A program made the position numbers and the translations under genes. Of a stretch of 64,000 bases of DNA, positions 18,422 to 27,592 are shown piece after piece. Every line of letters begins with the position of its first letter. Position 1 is the stretch's first letter. The notes below the pieces were generated by a model. That model was given only the letters and a program-made list of their open reading frames with translations. It searched no databases and had not been told where the DNA came from. The DNA is from a bacterium (GTDB lineage: Bacteria; Patescibacteriota; Minisyncoccia; Phycocordibacterales; Phycocordibacteraceae). Location of the stretch: positions 10,954-74,953 of the forward strand of contig JAJYHK010000011.1 in assembly GCA_021784815.1 (NCBI GenBank). Reading direction: 5' to 3'.

Positions 18422-19795
18422 ATGATTGATCTCAAAACGATGAGTGCAGTGCTGGGCGAATTCGAGGATCGCGGCATCTCCCGGGCGACGATGATCGACG
18501 CTATAGAAAACGCCATGGCGACTGCGTACAAGCGAGAGTACGGCAAGCGCAGCCAAGTCGTGCGCGCCAAGCTCGACCTCGACACGGGCACGGTCGCTTT
18601 CGAGCAGGTGAAGACCGTCGTGGATAGTACGACCGTGCGTTTCCCCGATGAGGCCGAGGAGGAAGAGCGCGAGGAGCACCCGCATACTCGGCGCGAAGAC
18701 GAGGAACTCGCCGAGGGTGAGCTGCCGCGCTTTGACCCGGAAAAGCACATTCTCCTTGAGAACGCTCGTCTCATTAAGCGCGACGTACAGCTTGGGGACG
18801 AACTCATTTTCCCGCTTGAGCCGCAGGACGATTTCGGCCGCATCGCGGCCCAGACCGCCAAGCAGGTGGTTATCCAGAAGGTGCGGGAAGCCGAAAAGCT
18901 TTCCATGATGGAAGAATTCGGCGAGAAAAAGGGCGAGATCGTGAGCGGCATCGTCCAGCGCGTCGAGCGCGGAGCGATCTACGTCGACCTCGGCCGCACA
19001 ACCGGCATCATACCCTACGAGGAGCAAATTCCAGGCGAACGGTACCGTCCGGGCGAGCGTATCCGCGCCTACCTCTACGCGGTCGATGAAGGCTTTCGCG
19101 GCGTGTACCTGCGCCTCTCGCGCGCGCACCCGCGCTTCGTTGTGCGCCTCTTCGAACAGGAAGTGCCGGAGCTCGCGAATGGTGCCATCGAGGTAAGGGC
19201 ACTCGCGCGCGAGCCTGGCAGTCGCACGAAGATCGCCGTGGCGAGCGCCGATCCCCATGTCGACCCGGTGGGGGCGCTCGTGGGCCAGCGCGGTGTTCGC
19301 GTCTCGATCGTCATGAGCGCGCTCTCGGGCGAGCGCATCGACGTCGTTGACTGGTTCGAGGATTCGGGTGAGTTTATTCGCGAAGCCCTCTCCCCCGCTA
19401 AGCCGCTCGAGGTCGTGCTTAGTGAGACGGAGCATCGCGCGACAGTGACCGTCTCTGAAGACGAACAGTCGCTCGCGATCGGCCGCGGCGGCCAGAATGT
19501 GCGCCTCGCCGCCAAGCTCACGGGATGGAATATTGATATCGTTTCCGCCAAGGGCGAAGAAGTCGCCGAGAGCGATGGCGATTCGGTCGAGGTGGCGGGC
19601 GCGCCGTTCGACGCGGACGAGGATCCGGCAGTGGCCGCAGGGGCAGTGCCCTCCGAGAGCGAAGAACTTATCGAAAGCACGTTTGAAGAAGCAACGGCGC
19701 TGCCCACGGAGGAGGAAACCACCAAACTCCCCGCAAGCGACGAAACGGTCGCCGACCGCGAGGAAGACCGCGATCCGGCGCACGATGACAACTAA
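18422..19795 (+). CDS. nusA: transcription termination/antitermination factor NusA (with acidic insertion and acidic C-terminal tail)
   Basis: N-terminal domain, S1 domain and KH domain (GRGGQNVRLAAKLTGWNIDI). ATG at 18422. Confidence 0.85.
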   Translation: MIDLKTMSAVLGEFEDRGISRATMIDAIENAMATAYKREYGKRSQVVRAKLDLDTGTVAFEQVKTVVDSTTVRFPDEAEEEEREEHPHTRREDEELAEGELPRFDPEKHILLENARLIKRDVQLGDELIFPLEPQDDFGRIAAQTAKQVVIQKVREAEKLSMMEEFGEKKGEIVSGIVQRVERGAIYVDLGRTTGIIPYEEQIPGERYRPGERIRAYLYAVDEGFRGVYLRLSRAHPRFVVRLFEQEVPELANGAIEVRALAREPGSRTKIAVASADPHVDPVGALVGQRGVRVSIVMSALSGERIDVVDWFEDSGEFIREALSPAKPLEVVLSETEHRATVTVSEDEQSLAIGRGGQNVRLAAKLTGWNIDIVSAKGEEVAESDGDSVEVAGAPFDADEDPAVAAGAVPSESEELIESTFEEATALPTEEETTKLPASDETVADREEDRDPAHDDN

Positions 19796-19824
19796 AGCCC
19801 TTTACCGAAGATAACTGCATAGCA

Positions 19825-20412
19825 ATGGCAAACATCGACCATAAACCGAGCAAGTACATGTTGAACTTGCAGCATGTACTCCCCGCCTTCGTGCACGAGG
19901 GTAAGAAGATTGTGAACGGCCTTATCGAAATCAATGCGAACTCTATAAATAAGTACGAGTTCATCATCGAATCGGGCCAGCTCAAGCTCGATCGCGTCGG
20001 GTACTCGTCGCTCGCCTATCCGGTCGCATACGGCCTCATCCCGCAAACCTGGGACAAGGACAACGATCTGCTCGACTGCGTCGTTGCGAATGTTACGGAA
20101 CCCCTGGCCCCGGGCTGTCTTGCCGAGGTGCGCGTCATCGGGGTCATGAAGTTTATCGACAGCGATGAGGAGGACGACAAGATCATTACCGTCCTTGCTG
20201 ATGATAAGCGTATGGATCACATCGTCTCCTACAAGGACCTTGGCCCGCATTGGCAGGAGGAGACCAAGCACTACTTCGAGCACTACAAGGACCTCAAGAA
20301 ACCCGGCACCGGGAAGGTCGTGGGCTTCTTTGAGGTCGATGAGGCGATGAAAATCATTCACGAATGCATGGAGCGATACGATGCCGAGTATCGTCCGAAA
20401 CTCGAGGAGTAA
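19825..20412 (+). CDS. ppa: inorganic pyrophosphatase (family I)
   Basis: 195 aa, with a DxDxxD motif (DKDNDLLD) in a family-I-like context. Confidence 0.85.
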   Translation: MANIDHKPSKYMLNLQHVLPAFVHEGKKIVNGLIEINANSINKYEFIIESGQLKLDRVGYSSLAYPVAYGLIPQTWDKDNDLLDCVVANVTEPLAPGCLAEVRVIGVMKFIDSDEEDDKIITVLADDKRMDHIVSYKDLGPHWQEETKHYFEHYKDLKKPGTGKVVGFFEVDEAMKIIHECMERYDAEYRPKLEE

Positions 20413-20418
20413 ACGAAT

Positions 20419-20604
20419 ATGGAGGAGCACGAGCACGAACCGCTCCCGAGTATGCCGAACGCGCGGCGGCAGGCCTGGAGTGCAACAATCGCGATTGTTG
20501 TTATTGTGCTCATGATTATTGTCGGTGCTCGCTATGCCTGGGACAAGCGTACGGCCAAGCTGCGTCCGGCACTGACAGCAACTTCGACGACGTTCGCGCA
20601 GTAG
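20419..20604 (+). CDS. small membrane protein
   Basis: 61 aa with one TM helix. GGAG RBS 9 nt upstream. Followed by a terminator hairpin. Confidence 0.35.
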   Translation: MEEHEHEPLPSMPNARRQAWSATIAIVVIVLMIIVGARYAWDKRTAKLRPALTATSTTFAQ

Positions 20605-20621
20605 GGAGCCGACGCGCAAAA

Positions 20622-20647
20622 GCCCGCCGCAAATGCGGCGGGCTTTT
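20622..20647 (+). terminator. rho-independent terminator (gcccgccgc-aaat-gcggcgggc then TTTT)
   Basis: Perfect 9-bp GC stem followed by a T-run, downstream of ppa and the small ORF. Confidence 0.6.
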
Positions 20648-20763
20648 GCGCGCTCGGTACCTCCAATTCAGGAGTCTTTTCGTTAGGTCGTCGGACTGGC
20701 TCGATCCTGCCGAAACAAGGATTCTGAGCTGCTTTTACAACTCGGTTTTGCTACACTAGCGCC

Positions 20764-21378
20764 ATGACTATGAAATCCGCTTCCTCTTCCCCGCGTGCGT
20801 CCATGCTCGTGCCGATGGTGATCGAGAAGAGTCAATTTGGCGAGCGCGCGTACGACATCTATTCGCGCCTCCTTCGCGACCGCATTATTTTCCTAGGCGG
20901 CCCGATCGACGACGATACCGCGAACCTCGTCATCGCCCAGCTGCTCTTCCTGGAGAGCGAAGACTCGAGCAAGGGCATCTCGCTCTACATCAATTCTCCG
21001 GGCGGCGTCGTCACAAGCGGGCTCGCGCTCATCGACACCATGAACCACGTAAAACCCGAGGTGACGACCGTGTGCGTGGGTATGGCTGCCTCGATGGCGT
21101 CCGTCATCCTCTCGGCAGGCGCAAAGGGCAAGCGCTTCGCGCTCCCCAATGCGGAAATCATGATCCATCAGCCGCATGGCGGCGTGGAGGGCCAGGCTGC
21201 GGATATCGAAATTACCGCGCGCCAGATCCTAAAGCTGCGCGAGAAGCTCAACCGCATGCTCGCGAAGAACACCGGCCAATCGCTTGAGAAGATCGAGAAA
21301 GACGTTGACCGCGATTATTTTATGAGCGCCGACGAGGCGAAGAAGTACGGCATCATCGACAGCGTGTATCGGCAGTAG
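20764..21378 (+). CDS. clpP: ATP-dependent Clp protease proteolytic subunit
   Basis: Ser-His-Asp triad context: [19 protein letters not shown]. Confidence 0.9.
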   Translation: MTMKSASSSPRASMLVPMVIEKSQFGERAYDIYSRLLRDRIIFLGGPIDDDTANLVIAQLLFLESEDSSKGISLYINSPGGVVTSGLALIDTMNHVKPEVTTVCVGMAASMASVILSAGAKGKRFALPNAEIMIHQPHGGVEGQAADIEITARQILKLREKLNRMLAKNTGQSLEKIEKDVDRDYFMSADEAKKYGIIDSVYRQ

Positions 21379-21404
21379 GCCGGCAAGCATAGCAAAGCTC
21401 GTGG

Positions 21405-21452
21405 CCAATGAACACAAAACCGCGCGATGCCTTCGGCGTCCCGCGGTTTTGT
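21405..21452 (+). terminator. terminator-like hairpin after clpP
   Basis: cacaaaaccgcg...cgcggttttgtg, 12-bp stem. Confidence 0.4.
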
Positions 21453-21581
21453 GCTAGAGTCGCGCTACACCGCCCCGCCGCCCCGCCGCCCACGGTTGCC
21501 CGTAAGATCTTCCGCACTGACCATTACTCGTATGCGTTGTTGCTCCCAAGAAGGAGCAGCGACGTACACTGAAACCGGGCT

Positions 21582-23090
21582 ATGTCATTCCAATTACTAC
21601 TTATTTTTCTCGCGCTCACGAGCGTCGGCGGCATCGCGGTCGGATATGTGCTGCGCGTGCTCATCGGCCTCGCGCAAAAGAGCTCGATCGAAATCGACCT
21701 CAAGCGCAAACAGCTGCAGGCGAAAGAAGAGGCTGCGCGTATTGTTGAGGAAGCAGAGACGCGGGCCGAAGCGCTCGAAGAAGAACGGCTCGCCGATCTT
21801 GAGATACGGGAAGATCGCGTCGCAGTACGCGAAGATCGCCTTTCGGAACGCGAAGCGTTTCTCGATTCGCGCCAGCGCGACCTCGACCTTAAAGAAAATA
21901 CTACCGCAGGACGCGAACAGCGCGCAGAGGCGCTGCTGAAAGAACGCCAGCGCGCACTTGCTGTCGCGGCGAACCTCCCGATCGATCGGGCCCGGCAGGA
22001 GCTCTTTGAGGGCATCGAGCGCGAGCATGAGGAGGCGATTCTCCTGCGCCTCCAGAAACTCGATGCCAACGGCCGCGCGCGTCTCGAAGAGCGCGCACGC
22101 GCAATCCTCACGAGCACTATCCAGCGGCTTGGCAGTGCGGTGAACGCCGATGTTATGAGCCTCTCGGTGCAGATTCCCTCCGATGAAATTAAGGGTAAGA
22201 TTATCGGCAAGGAAGGCCGGAATATTAAAACGTTCGAACGGCTCACGGGGGTCGACGTCCTCATTGACGACGCACCCGATAAGATCACGCTCTCTTCGTT
22301 TGATCCGCTTCGCCGGGCGATCGCGAAAATCGCTCTTGAAAAGCTCATTGCGGACGGCCGCATCCAGCCGGCCAAGATAGAAGAGATGATTGAAAAGACA
22401 CGAACGGAAATTGACGAACTCGTAAAACAAAAGGGCGAAGAAGCAGCGCTTGAAACGGGGGTCATTGGCCTTGATCCGCGGCTCATTGTCCTCTTGGGCC
22501 GCCTCCATTTCCGTACGAGCTACGGGCAGAACGTGCTCCAGCACTCGATCGAGATGGTGCATATTGCCGGTATGCTCGCGGCTGAGCTCGATGCCGATGA
22601 GGCGGTTGCCCGCACGGGCGCCCTGCTCCATGACATCGGCAAAGCGGTCGACCACGAGGCGGAAGGCACTCACGTTGAGGTCGGCAGACGCATTCTCGAG
22701 AAGTACGGGGTTGATAGGCGGATTATTCAGGCCATGCAGTCACATCACGAAGAATTCCCCTATGAAACTCCGGAGGCGGTTATTGTGCAGGTAGCCGATG
22801 CGATCAGCGCGAGCCGTCCTGGTGCGCGCCGCGACACGGTTGAGCGATACCTTGAGCGTTTGGGCGACCTTGAGCGCCTCGCAAAAGGTTTTGAGGGCGT
22901 CGAAAAGGTGTACGCGATTGCGGCGGGGCGCGAAATCCGTGTCTTTGTGAATCCCGGCAAAATTTCTGACGTTGCGCTTCACGCGCTCGCACGCGAAATC
23001 GCGAAGCGCATTCAAGCCGAACTCAAGTACCCGGGCGAGATCAAGGTGAATGTAATTCGTGAGAATCGCGTGGTCGAATTCGCCCGATAA
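21582..23090 (+). CDS. rny: ribonuclease Y
   Basis: N-terminal TM, coiled coil, KH (GKIIGKEGRNIKTFE) and HD domain (HSIEMVHIAGMLA...LLHDIGKA). Confidence 0.9.
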   Translation: MSFQLLLIFLALTSVGGIAVGYVLRVLIGLAQKSSIEIDLKRKQLQAKEEAARIVEEAETRAEALEEERLADLEIREDRVAVREDRLSEREAFLDSRQRDLDLKENTTAGREQRAEALLKERQRALAVAANLPIDRARQELFEGIEREHEEAILLRLQKLDANGRARLEERARAILTSTIQRLGSAVNADVMSLSVQIPSDEIKGKIIGKEGRNIKTFERLTGVDVLIDDAPDKITLSSFDPLRRAIAKIALEKLIADGRIQPAKIEEMIEKTRTEIDELVKQKGEEAALETGVIGLDPRLIVLLGRLHFRTSYGQNVLQHSIEMVHIAGMLAAELDADEAVARTGALLHDIGKAVDHEAEGTHVEVGRRILEKYGVDRRIIQAMQSHHEEFPYETPEAVIVQVADAISASRPGARRDTVERYLERLGDLERLAKGFEGVEKVYAIAAGREIRVFVNPGKISDVALHALAREIAKRIQAELKYPGEIKVNVIRENRVVEFAR

Positions 23091-23112
23091 CGATCTGAGA
23101 GGCGCGCAAAAA

Positions 23113-23150
23113 TCACACACCGGCGAGTGCCAGCGTGTGATTTTGCGACA
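23113..23150 (+). terminator. terminator-like hairpin after rny
   Basis: cgcaaaaatcacac...gtgtgattttgcg. Confidence 0.4.
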
Positions 23151-23369
23151 TACACAGTAACTCGGCAACCCCTATTGCGGAAAAAACGGCGATATTTATA
23201 CTTTTTATGTACCCGACTGTGCAGTTCTCCAAGAACGTGCAGATTTGGGTGCAGTTCAAAGGAGCGGGGCGCTCCGATGATCGGCGAAAGCCGACCGCAT
23301 CGGATGGGGTCCGTGACGCAGAAATGCGCCAAATCTGGGCGTTCAGTTACCAACAGTAACCACCTACTC

Positions 23370-23645
23370 ATGGCTAACAAAGCTGACATTATCGACAAGG
23401 TGCACGGCGTGCTTGGTTCGACCAAGGCCGATGCCGAACGCGCCGTAGAGACCATGATCGACACGATCGTGACGAGTCTCAAGAGCGGCGAGGAGGTCTC
23501 GGTTGCCGGTCTCGGCATCTTCGCAACGAAGGCGCGTCCGGCGCGCGAGGGTCGCAACCCACGTACGGGCGAGACCATCCGCATCCCGGCCACCCGCACG
23601 GCGAAGTTCCGTCCGGCAAAAGCGCTCAAAGACGCGATCAAATAA
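23370..23645 (+). CDS. hup: DNA-binding protein HU
   Basis: MANKADIIDKV...GLGIFATKARPAREGRNPRTGETIRIPA. ATG at 23370; the ORF track's upstream extension is non-coding. Confidence 0.85.
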   Translation: MANKADIIDKVHGVLGSTKADAERAVETMIDTIVTSLKSGEEVSVAGLGIFATKARPAREGRNPRTGETIRIPATRTAKFRPAKALKDAIK

Positions 23646-23648
23646 TCG

Positions 23649-23706
23649 CTTAGGAGCGCAAAGAGAAAACCGCCCTTCCGAGCGGTTTTCTCTTTGCGCT
23701 CCTAAG
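23649..23706. terminator. bidirectional terminator with 25-bp perfect stem between hup (+) and pheA (-)
   Basis: cttaggagcgcaaagagaaaaccgc / gcggttttctctttgcgctcctaag. Confidence 0.65.
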
Positions 23707-24271
23707 CAAGCCTGGTGGCGGCAATGAAACTCGTGTAGTTGAATTTGAGATCCTGGATGCCTTCTTCGAGGATGTCGAGGCCGTACAGGTCGGCGGCAGC
23801 GCGCGCGGCAATGACTGCGGTCGTTGGCGGCAAAACGCCGGACGCAAGGTCAGCGGCGGCTTTAGCCGTGTCGGGGTACTCGCGGATCTCTACGCCTGGC
23901 CAGATGCGCTTCAGGTACATGCGGCACTGTTTGAGCGCCTGGTCGTGCGAGGTTATCTCGGTAATGTTGCCGGCATGGGTGCCTGGCTTCACAAGCAGGT
24001 TGTGCCGGACGTCAATCTCGAATAGCTTCTTAATATCGAAGCGATGCTTGGCCATCGCGTACACGGCTTCGATGACGATGCCGCCATTGCTGTTTTCAAT
24101 CGGGAAAACGGCGATATCGATTTCAGCCGCCTCAAGCGCGGAAAGCACCATCTCGGCATTTACGAGATATACGAGTTCGGGTTTCTCAAGCTTTTCTTTC
24201 ATGGCGTAGGTGCGTCCTGCTTCCTCAGAGAAGCTTCCCTGCGCACCCATCACGCCGATCTTTGCGTTCAT
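23702..24271 (-). CDS. pheA: prephenate dehydratase (PDT catalytic domain only, no ACT domain)
   Basis: IGVMGAQGSFSEEA...ESNGGIV...TRLA; about 190 aa. ATG at 24271. Confidence 0.7.
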   Translation of the reverse strand: MNAKIGVMGAQGSFSEEAGRTYAMKEKLEKPELVYLVNAEMVLSALEAAEIDIAVFPIENSNGGIVIEAVYAMAKHRFDIKKLFEIDVRHNLLVKPGTHAGNITEITSHDQALKQCRMYLKRIWPGVEIREYPDTAKAAADLASGVLPPTTAVIAARAAADLYGLDILEEGIQDLKFNYTSFIAATRLA

Positions 24272-24375
24272 GAAGCCTACTCTACATGCGCGCGTCGCCA
24301 TTTCAAAATTCCTGCGGAAGCCGGACTTTATATTGGCAGCGCTAGACGCTGTCCTTGCTGCTACGATCGAGCGAT

Positions 24376-25512
24376 TTATCGCAAATACCGTTTCCCCTTG
24401 AGCGGGTCCGGCAGGTAGGATTCCGTACCGTACTTTTCATAGCCCTTGCCGTAGTCGAGCTCTTTCATGAGTTTGGTCACCGGGTTGCGGATTTTCTTCG
24501 GAATGGGGAGGTTTCCGAGCGCGTGCACATCGGACTGCGCTGCCAGCAGCGCGTCATACGCGCTGCGGTCCTTTTTCGCCTGAGCGAGATAGGCGACGCC
24601 GTGCGCGAGATTGATCGCGCACTCCGGATAGCCGATCGTTTCGCAGGCGCGGAAGACGGCATTTGCGACGACGAGCGCGGTCGGCTGCGCAAGACCCACG
24701 TCCTCGCTCGCGAAGACCACCATGCGTCGGGCGATGAAGAGCGGGTCCTCCCCGGCCTCGACCATGCGCGCCAAATAATAGAACGCAGCATCCGGTTGTG
24801 AAGCGCGCATGCTTTTAATAAAGGCGCTGATGGTGTCGTAGTGCTCCTCGCCCTTTTTGTCGTAGCGCAGGTGCGGCGATTCGAGTGCCCTCGAGAGCGT
24901 GTCGGCTGTAATTTCTCCGTACAGGCTCTGGGCGCCCTCAAGGAGGCCGAGCGCTCGGCGGGCGTCGCCATTGGCGTAGGTCGCGAGCCAGTCGAAGGCG
25001 GCTTTGGGCACTTTGAGCTTTGTGCGCTTCACGAGCGCCCTGAGCGAGTCGTCCGAAAGCAGCTCGAGCACGAAGACGCGGCAGCGCGAGAGAAGCGCGG
25101 AAATGACCTCGAAGGACGGGTTTTCAGTGGTTGCGCCGATAAGCGTGAGCTCGCCGCTCTCGACGTAGGGGAGCAAAAAATCCTGCTGTGCCTTGTTGAA
25201 GCGATGGATTTCATCCAAAAAGAGAACCTTTGACTTACCGTGCGTATCGAGCTCGACGATTTTACGGATATCGTCCTTCCCCGCCGACACCGCCGAAAGC
25301 TCAAAGAGCTCCGCATCAAGCGCGCGGGCGTAGATGCGCGCGATGGTGGTCTTTCCTGCTCCGGGCGGTCCCCAGAGGATAAAGGAGAAGAGATGTTTCT
25401 TCTCAATCGCGGCGCGCAGCGGCTTCCCTTCCCCGATGAGGTGCTCTTGTCCGACCACTTCGTCGAGCGTTTGGGGTCGAACCCGAGCGGCAAGCGGCTC
25501 CATAAGCTCCAT
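24376..25512 (-). CDS. rarA: replication-associated recombination protein A (AAA+ ATPase RarA/MgsA)
   Basis: LWGPPGAGKTT Walker A, sensor motifs and the MgsA C-terminal domain. ATG at 25512 (MELMEPLAARVRPQTLDEVVGQEHL). Confidence 0.85.
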   Translation of the reverse strand: MELMEPLAARVRPQTLDEVVGQEHLIGEGKPLRAAIEKKHLFSFILWGPPGAGKTTIARIYARALDAELFELSAVSAGKDDIRKIVELDTHGKSKVLFLDEIHRFNKAQQDFLLPYVESGELTLIGATTENPSFEVISALLSRCRVFVLELLSDDSLRALVKRTKLKVPKAAFDWLATYANGDARRALGLLEGAQSLYGEITADTLSRALESPHLRYDKKGEEHYDTISAFIKSMRASQPDAAFYYLARMVEAGEDPLFIARRMVVFASEDVGLAQPTALVVANAVFRACETIGYPECAINLAHGVAYLAQAKKDRSAYDALLAAQSDVHALGNLPIPKKIRNPVTKLMKELDYGKGYEKYGTESYLPDPLKGKRYLR

Positions 25513-25595
25513 GGTACTCTCCTTCCCGAGCGATACAACGGACCGACGTTCCTCGGCAGCGCGCGTATGGTGCCCGCTCGCTGTGCTCGTGAGCT

Positions 25596-25611
25596 CCTCG
25601 CAGTTGCGGAC
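25596..25611 (+). repeat. 16-bp motif CCTCGCAGTTGCGGAC, copy 1 of 4
   Basis: Same orientation as the copies at 26892, 27115 and 29984. It is followed by a ~200-bp region homologous to 27131-27320. Confidence 0.7.
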
Positions 25612-25952
25612 CGGCAGCGGATCGGCAAATGCCAAGAATCCGGGGGCTTTCCGAACAAGCCGAACACGGATTTGGCATTTCTGGCGTGTTCGGTTTCTGT
25701 CAAAAATGTTACAAATGTTACACGAATACGCGATATCGGGGATGTAACATTTGTGAAGAAATGCGCCATAAGCACTAGACTTTTTAAAGAAATGCGTGGC
25801 GTTTTGTGCACCTACCGCAGCTTGATGAAAAAAGTATTTACGCAATTTCCCGATCATAGTCTAGTTCAGTACTCAAACCGTATTTAAAAAGGCGAAATGC
25901 GCAGGAAATCCTTATTTTAAGGGTCTTTTATCGAGCTACCATCGCGTGACAT

Positions 25953-25980
25953 TGACATAAGAAAGTAGTCATCGTATTAT
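25953..25980 (+). promoter_or_regulatory. sigma70-like promoter (TTGACA, 16 nt, TATTAT)
   Basis: Consensus -35 and -10 elements about 45 nt upstream of the 26028 ORF. Confidence 0.5.
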
Positions 25981-26027
25981 ATATGTAGGTTTTGAGTCCT
26001 GTGCATTTCGCCCAGGAGAACAGCACA

Positions 26028-26189
26028 ATGGAGAAGACCATGCTGAACAAGATGATTGCCGGTTTCGGCCGGTTACCAGACTTCGAACGCCTCCTCCTTG
26101 GAGTGGTCGTTCTCGGAGGCGGCTGTTTCGCCTTCGCACTCGCCAGCATCGAAGGTCTGTCGATCATTCAGGGACGCCCCCTGTTCTGA
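26028..26189 (+). CDS. small hydrophobic protein (53 aa)
   Basis: AGGAGA RBS 8 nt upstream, TM helix VVVLGGGCFAFALASI. Flanked by a consensus promoter and terminator. Confidence 0.4.
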   Translation: MEKTMLNKMIAGFGRLPDFERLLLGVVVLGGGCFAFALASIEGLSIIQGRPLF

Positions 26190-26210
26190 TTGCGCAGACC
26201 CCAACCAAAC

Positions 26211-26241
26211 CCCTGCCTCAAGAATCGAGGCAGGGGTTTAT
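26211..26241 (+). terminator. rho-independent terminator (cccctgcctc-aagaatc-gaggcagggg then TTTA)
   Basis: Perfect 10-bp stem. Confidence 0.6.
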
Positions 26242-26687
26242 ATGCCTGCCATACTCAGGCGAGTTTCTCTTATTTAGGGGTATTCCATGAGTATTGAGCA
26301 TCCATCATCACAAGCACCTAAACCCGATCCCTCAGAGAACCAAGATATGAGCTGGATGAATCTGGCCGAGAGAGGTTCAGTTCAAATGTGGAAGTCGTGG
26401 CGAGCGAGATGGAAGTGCGTGCTGCCGGTGCCGCTTCATCTGTGGAGACGGCATGCCCATCGCTGGGGCAGATCCAAGCGGCGGAGGCTACTCTCGAGCA
26501 AAGCCAACAAAGACTAGAGGCCGCACTACGCTCTACGAATCAAACAACGCCGGAACGCAGCGCTACGATACGGGAACGGGTGTAATGAGCATTGGACAAA
26601 AGCAAAGCTGAAGGCGGGCCTGGCCTTCGCGGGTCTCGGAGCGGCTTCACTCGGGGGAGTACCGATTCCCCGCTGAACCCCACTGAC

Positions 26688-26816
26688 CTCGATATACGCA
26701 AGTATGCGAAGTATCTGCTCAAAAACGGCTCCCGAGAGGAGAGGCGCGAGCTGCTCGGGCATCTCCGCAACCGACTCATTCTACTGAAGGACAGAGAAAT
26801 CGCGCCCGCAGATTAG
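26688..26816 (+). pseudogene. 3' fragment of a second large serine recombinase gene (decayed paralog of 28616..29941)
   Basis: Encodes [42 protein letters not shown]; the recombinase C-terminus is [41 protein letters not shown]. About 75% nt identity over about 125 bp. No upstream recombinase domains remain. Confidence 0.6.
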
Positions 26817-26848
26817 CCCGGACAAGTCTCGCAGTTGTGAACTTTTTC

Positions 26849-26889
26849 CGAGGCCTCGCGGTCTAAAATCGGGTCTCTGACTGCTGTGC
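26849..26889 (+). repeat. about 41-bp direct repeat (cgaggcctcgcggtctaaaatcgggtctctgactgctgtgc), copy of the tRNA-Gly-flanking sequence at 30005..30046
   Basis: About 80% identity to 30005-30046. Flanked by 16-bp motif copies (degenerate at 26828, canonical at 26892). Confidence 0.65.
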
Positions 26890-26891
26890 CC

Positions 26892-26907
26892 CCTCGCTGT
26901 TGCGGAC
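26892..26907 (+). repeat. 16-bp motif CCTCGCTGTTGCGGAC, copy 2 of 4
   Basis: Direct repeat family. Confidence 0.7.
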
Positions 26908-27114
26908 TGCACCAAGCGAGGCAACATAAGGGCGGTTTTGGCGCTCGTCGCCTCACCGATTTGACCCCTCGCAGTCATGATCAGAATGGGACATTTGGGA
27001 CACCATTCGCGCATAATAGGACACTGTCCCGTTTATACGATTCTAGCAAGCATTTGCAGGGTATTCCCATGATTCGGAGCGCGGGACGGGCGTCCCGTCC
27101 GTGTCCCAAGCGAG

Positions 27115-27130
27115 CCTCGCAGTTGCGGAC
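27115..27130 (+). repeat. 16-bp motif CCTCGCAGTTGCGGAC, copy 3 of 4
   Basis: Followed by tgttacaaatattacac and tgtaacat/ccgaacacg repeats homologous to 25620-25790. Confidence 0.7.
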
Positions 27131-27592
27131 TGAAATGTTACAAATATTACACGTTTTGAGCACTTTTGGGGTGTAACATTTTGGACAAAATCTGGCTTGG
27201 AGAAAGGATAGATCGCTCGGAAAGGGCTGTAACATTCTGGCTGTCGCGGCCGCAATTCCGAACAATCCGAACACGACAGAGGCCATTCCGAACGTTCGAA
27301 ACGTGTTCGGTTACCAGGAACGCCACTCGAAGACGGTCGTTTAAAATGCCCAAAAATGCCAATTTTCTGACAATCGAGATTGCGAGATGTGTTTCATTCA
27401 TGCGTCAGAAAACGGCGCAAATGCTAGGGATGAGACAAGTGAGACACTTTTACGCGTTTCATTTTGCGTCTCAAAATTGGCATTTTATCGCTATGCCACG
27501 AAGGCACCCCACCGCCCGTCTCGCCCACATCACCCGTGCGGAGCGGATAACGACAAATTGGACAAAAATGAGCACCGGGAGCGAGTGTAACG

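Noticed and set aside
18374-19795. 469-aa ORF 18374..19783(-) and others antisense to nusA; likewise 21524..22486 and 21597..22673 antisense to rny, 60266..61543 antisense to fusA, 55751..57055 antisense to the high-GC island
   Set aside because: Opposite-strand shadows in GC-rich genes. The sense-strand genes have clear homology.
24376-25857. N-terminal 115-codon extension of rarA in the ORF track
   Set aside because: The extension is non-homologous and covers the repeat cassette. The conserved RarA N-terminus begins at the ATG at 25512.
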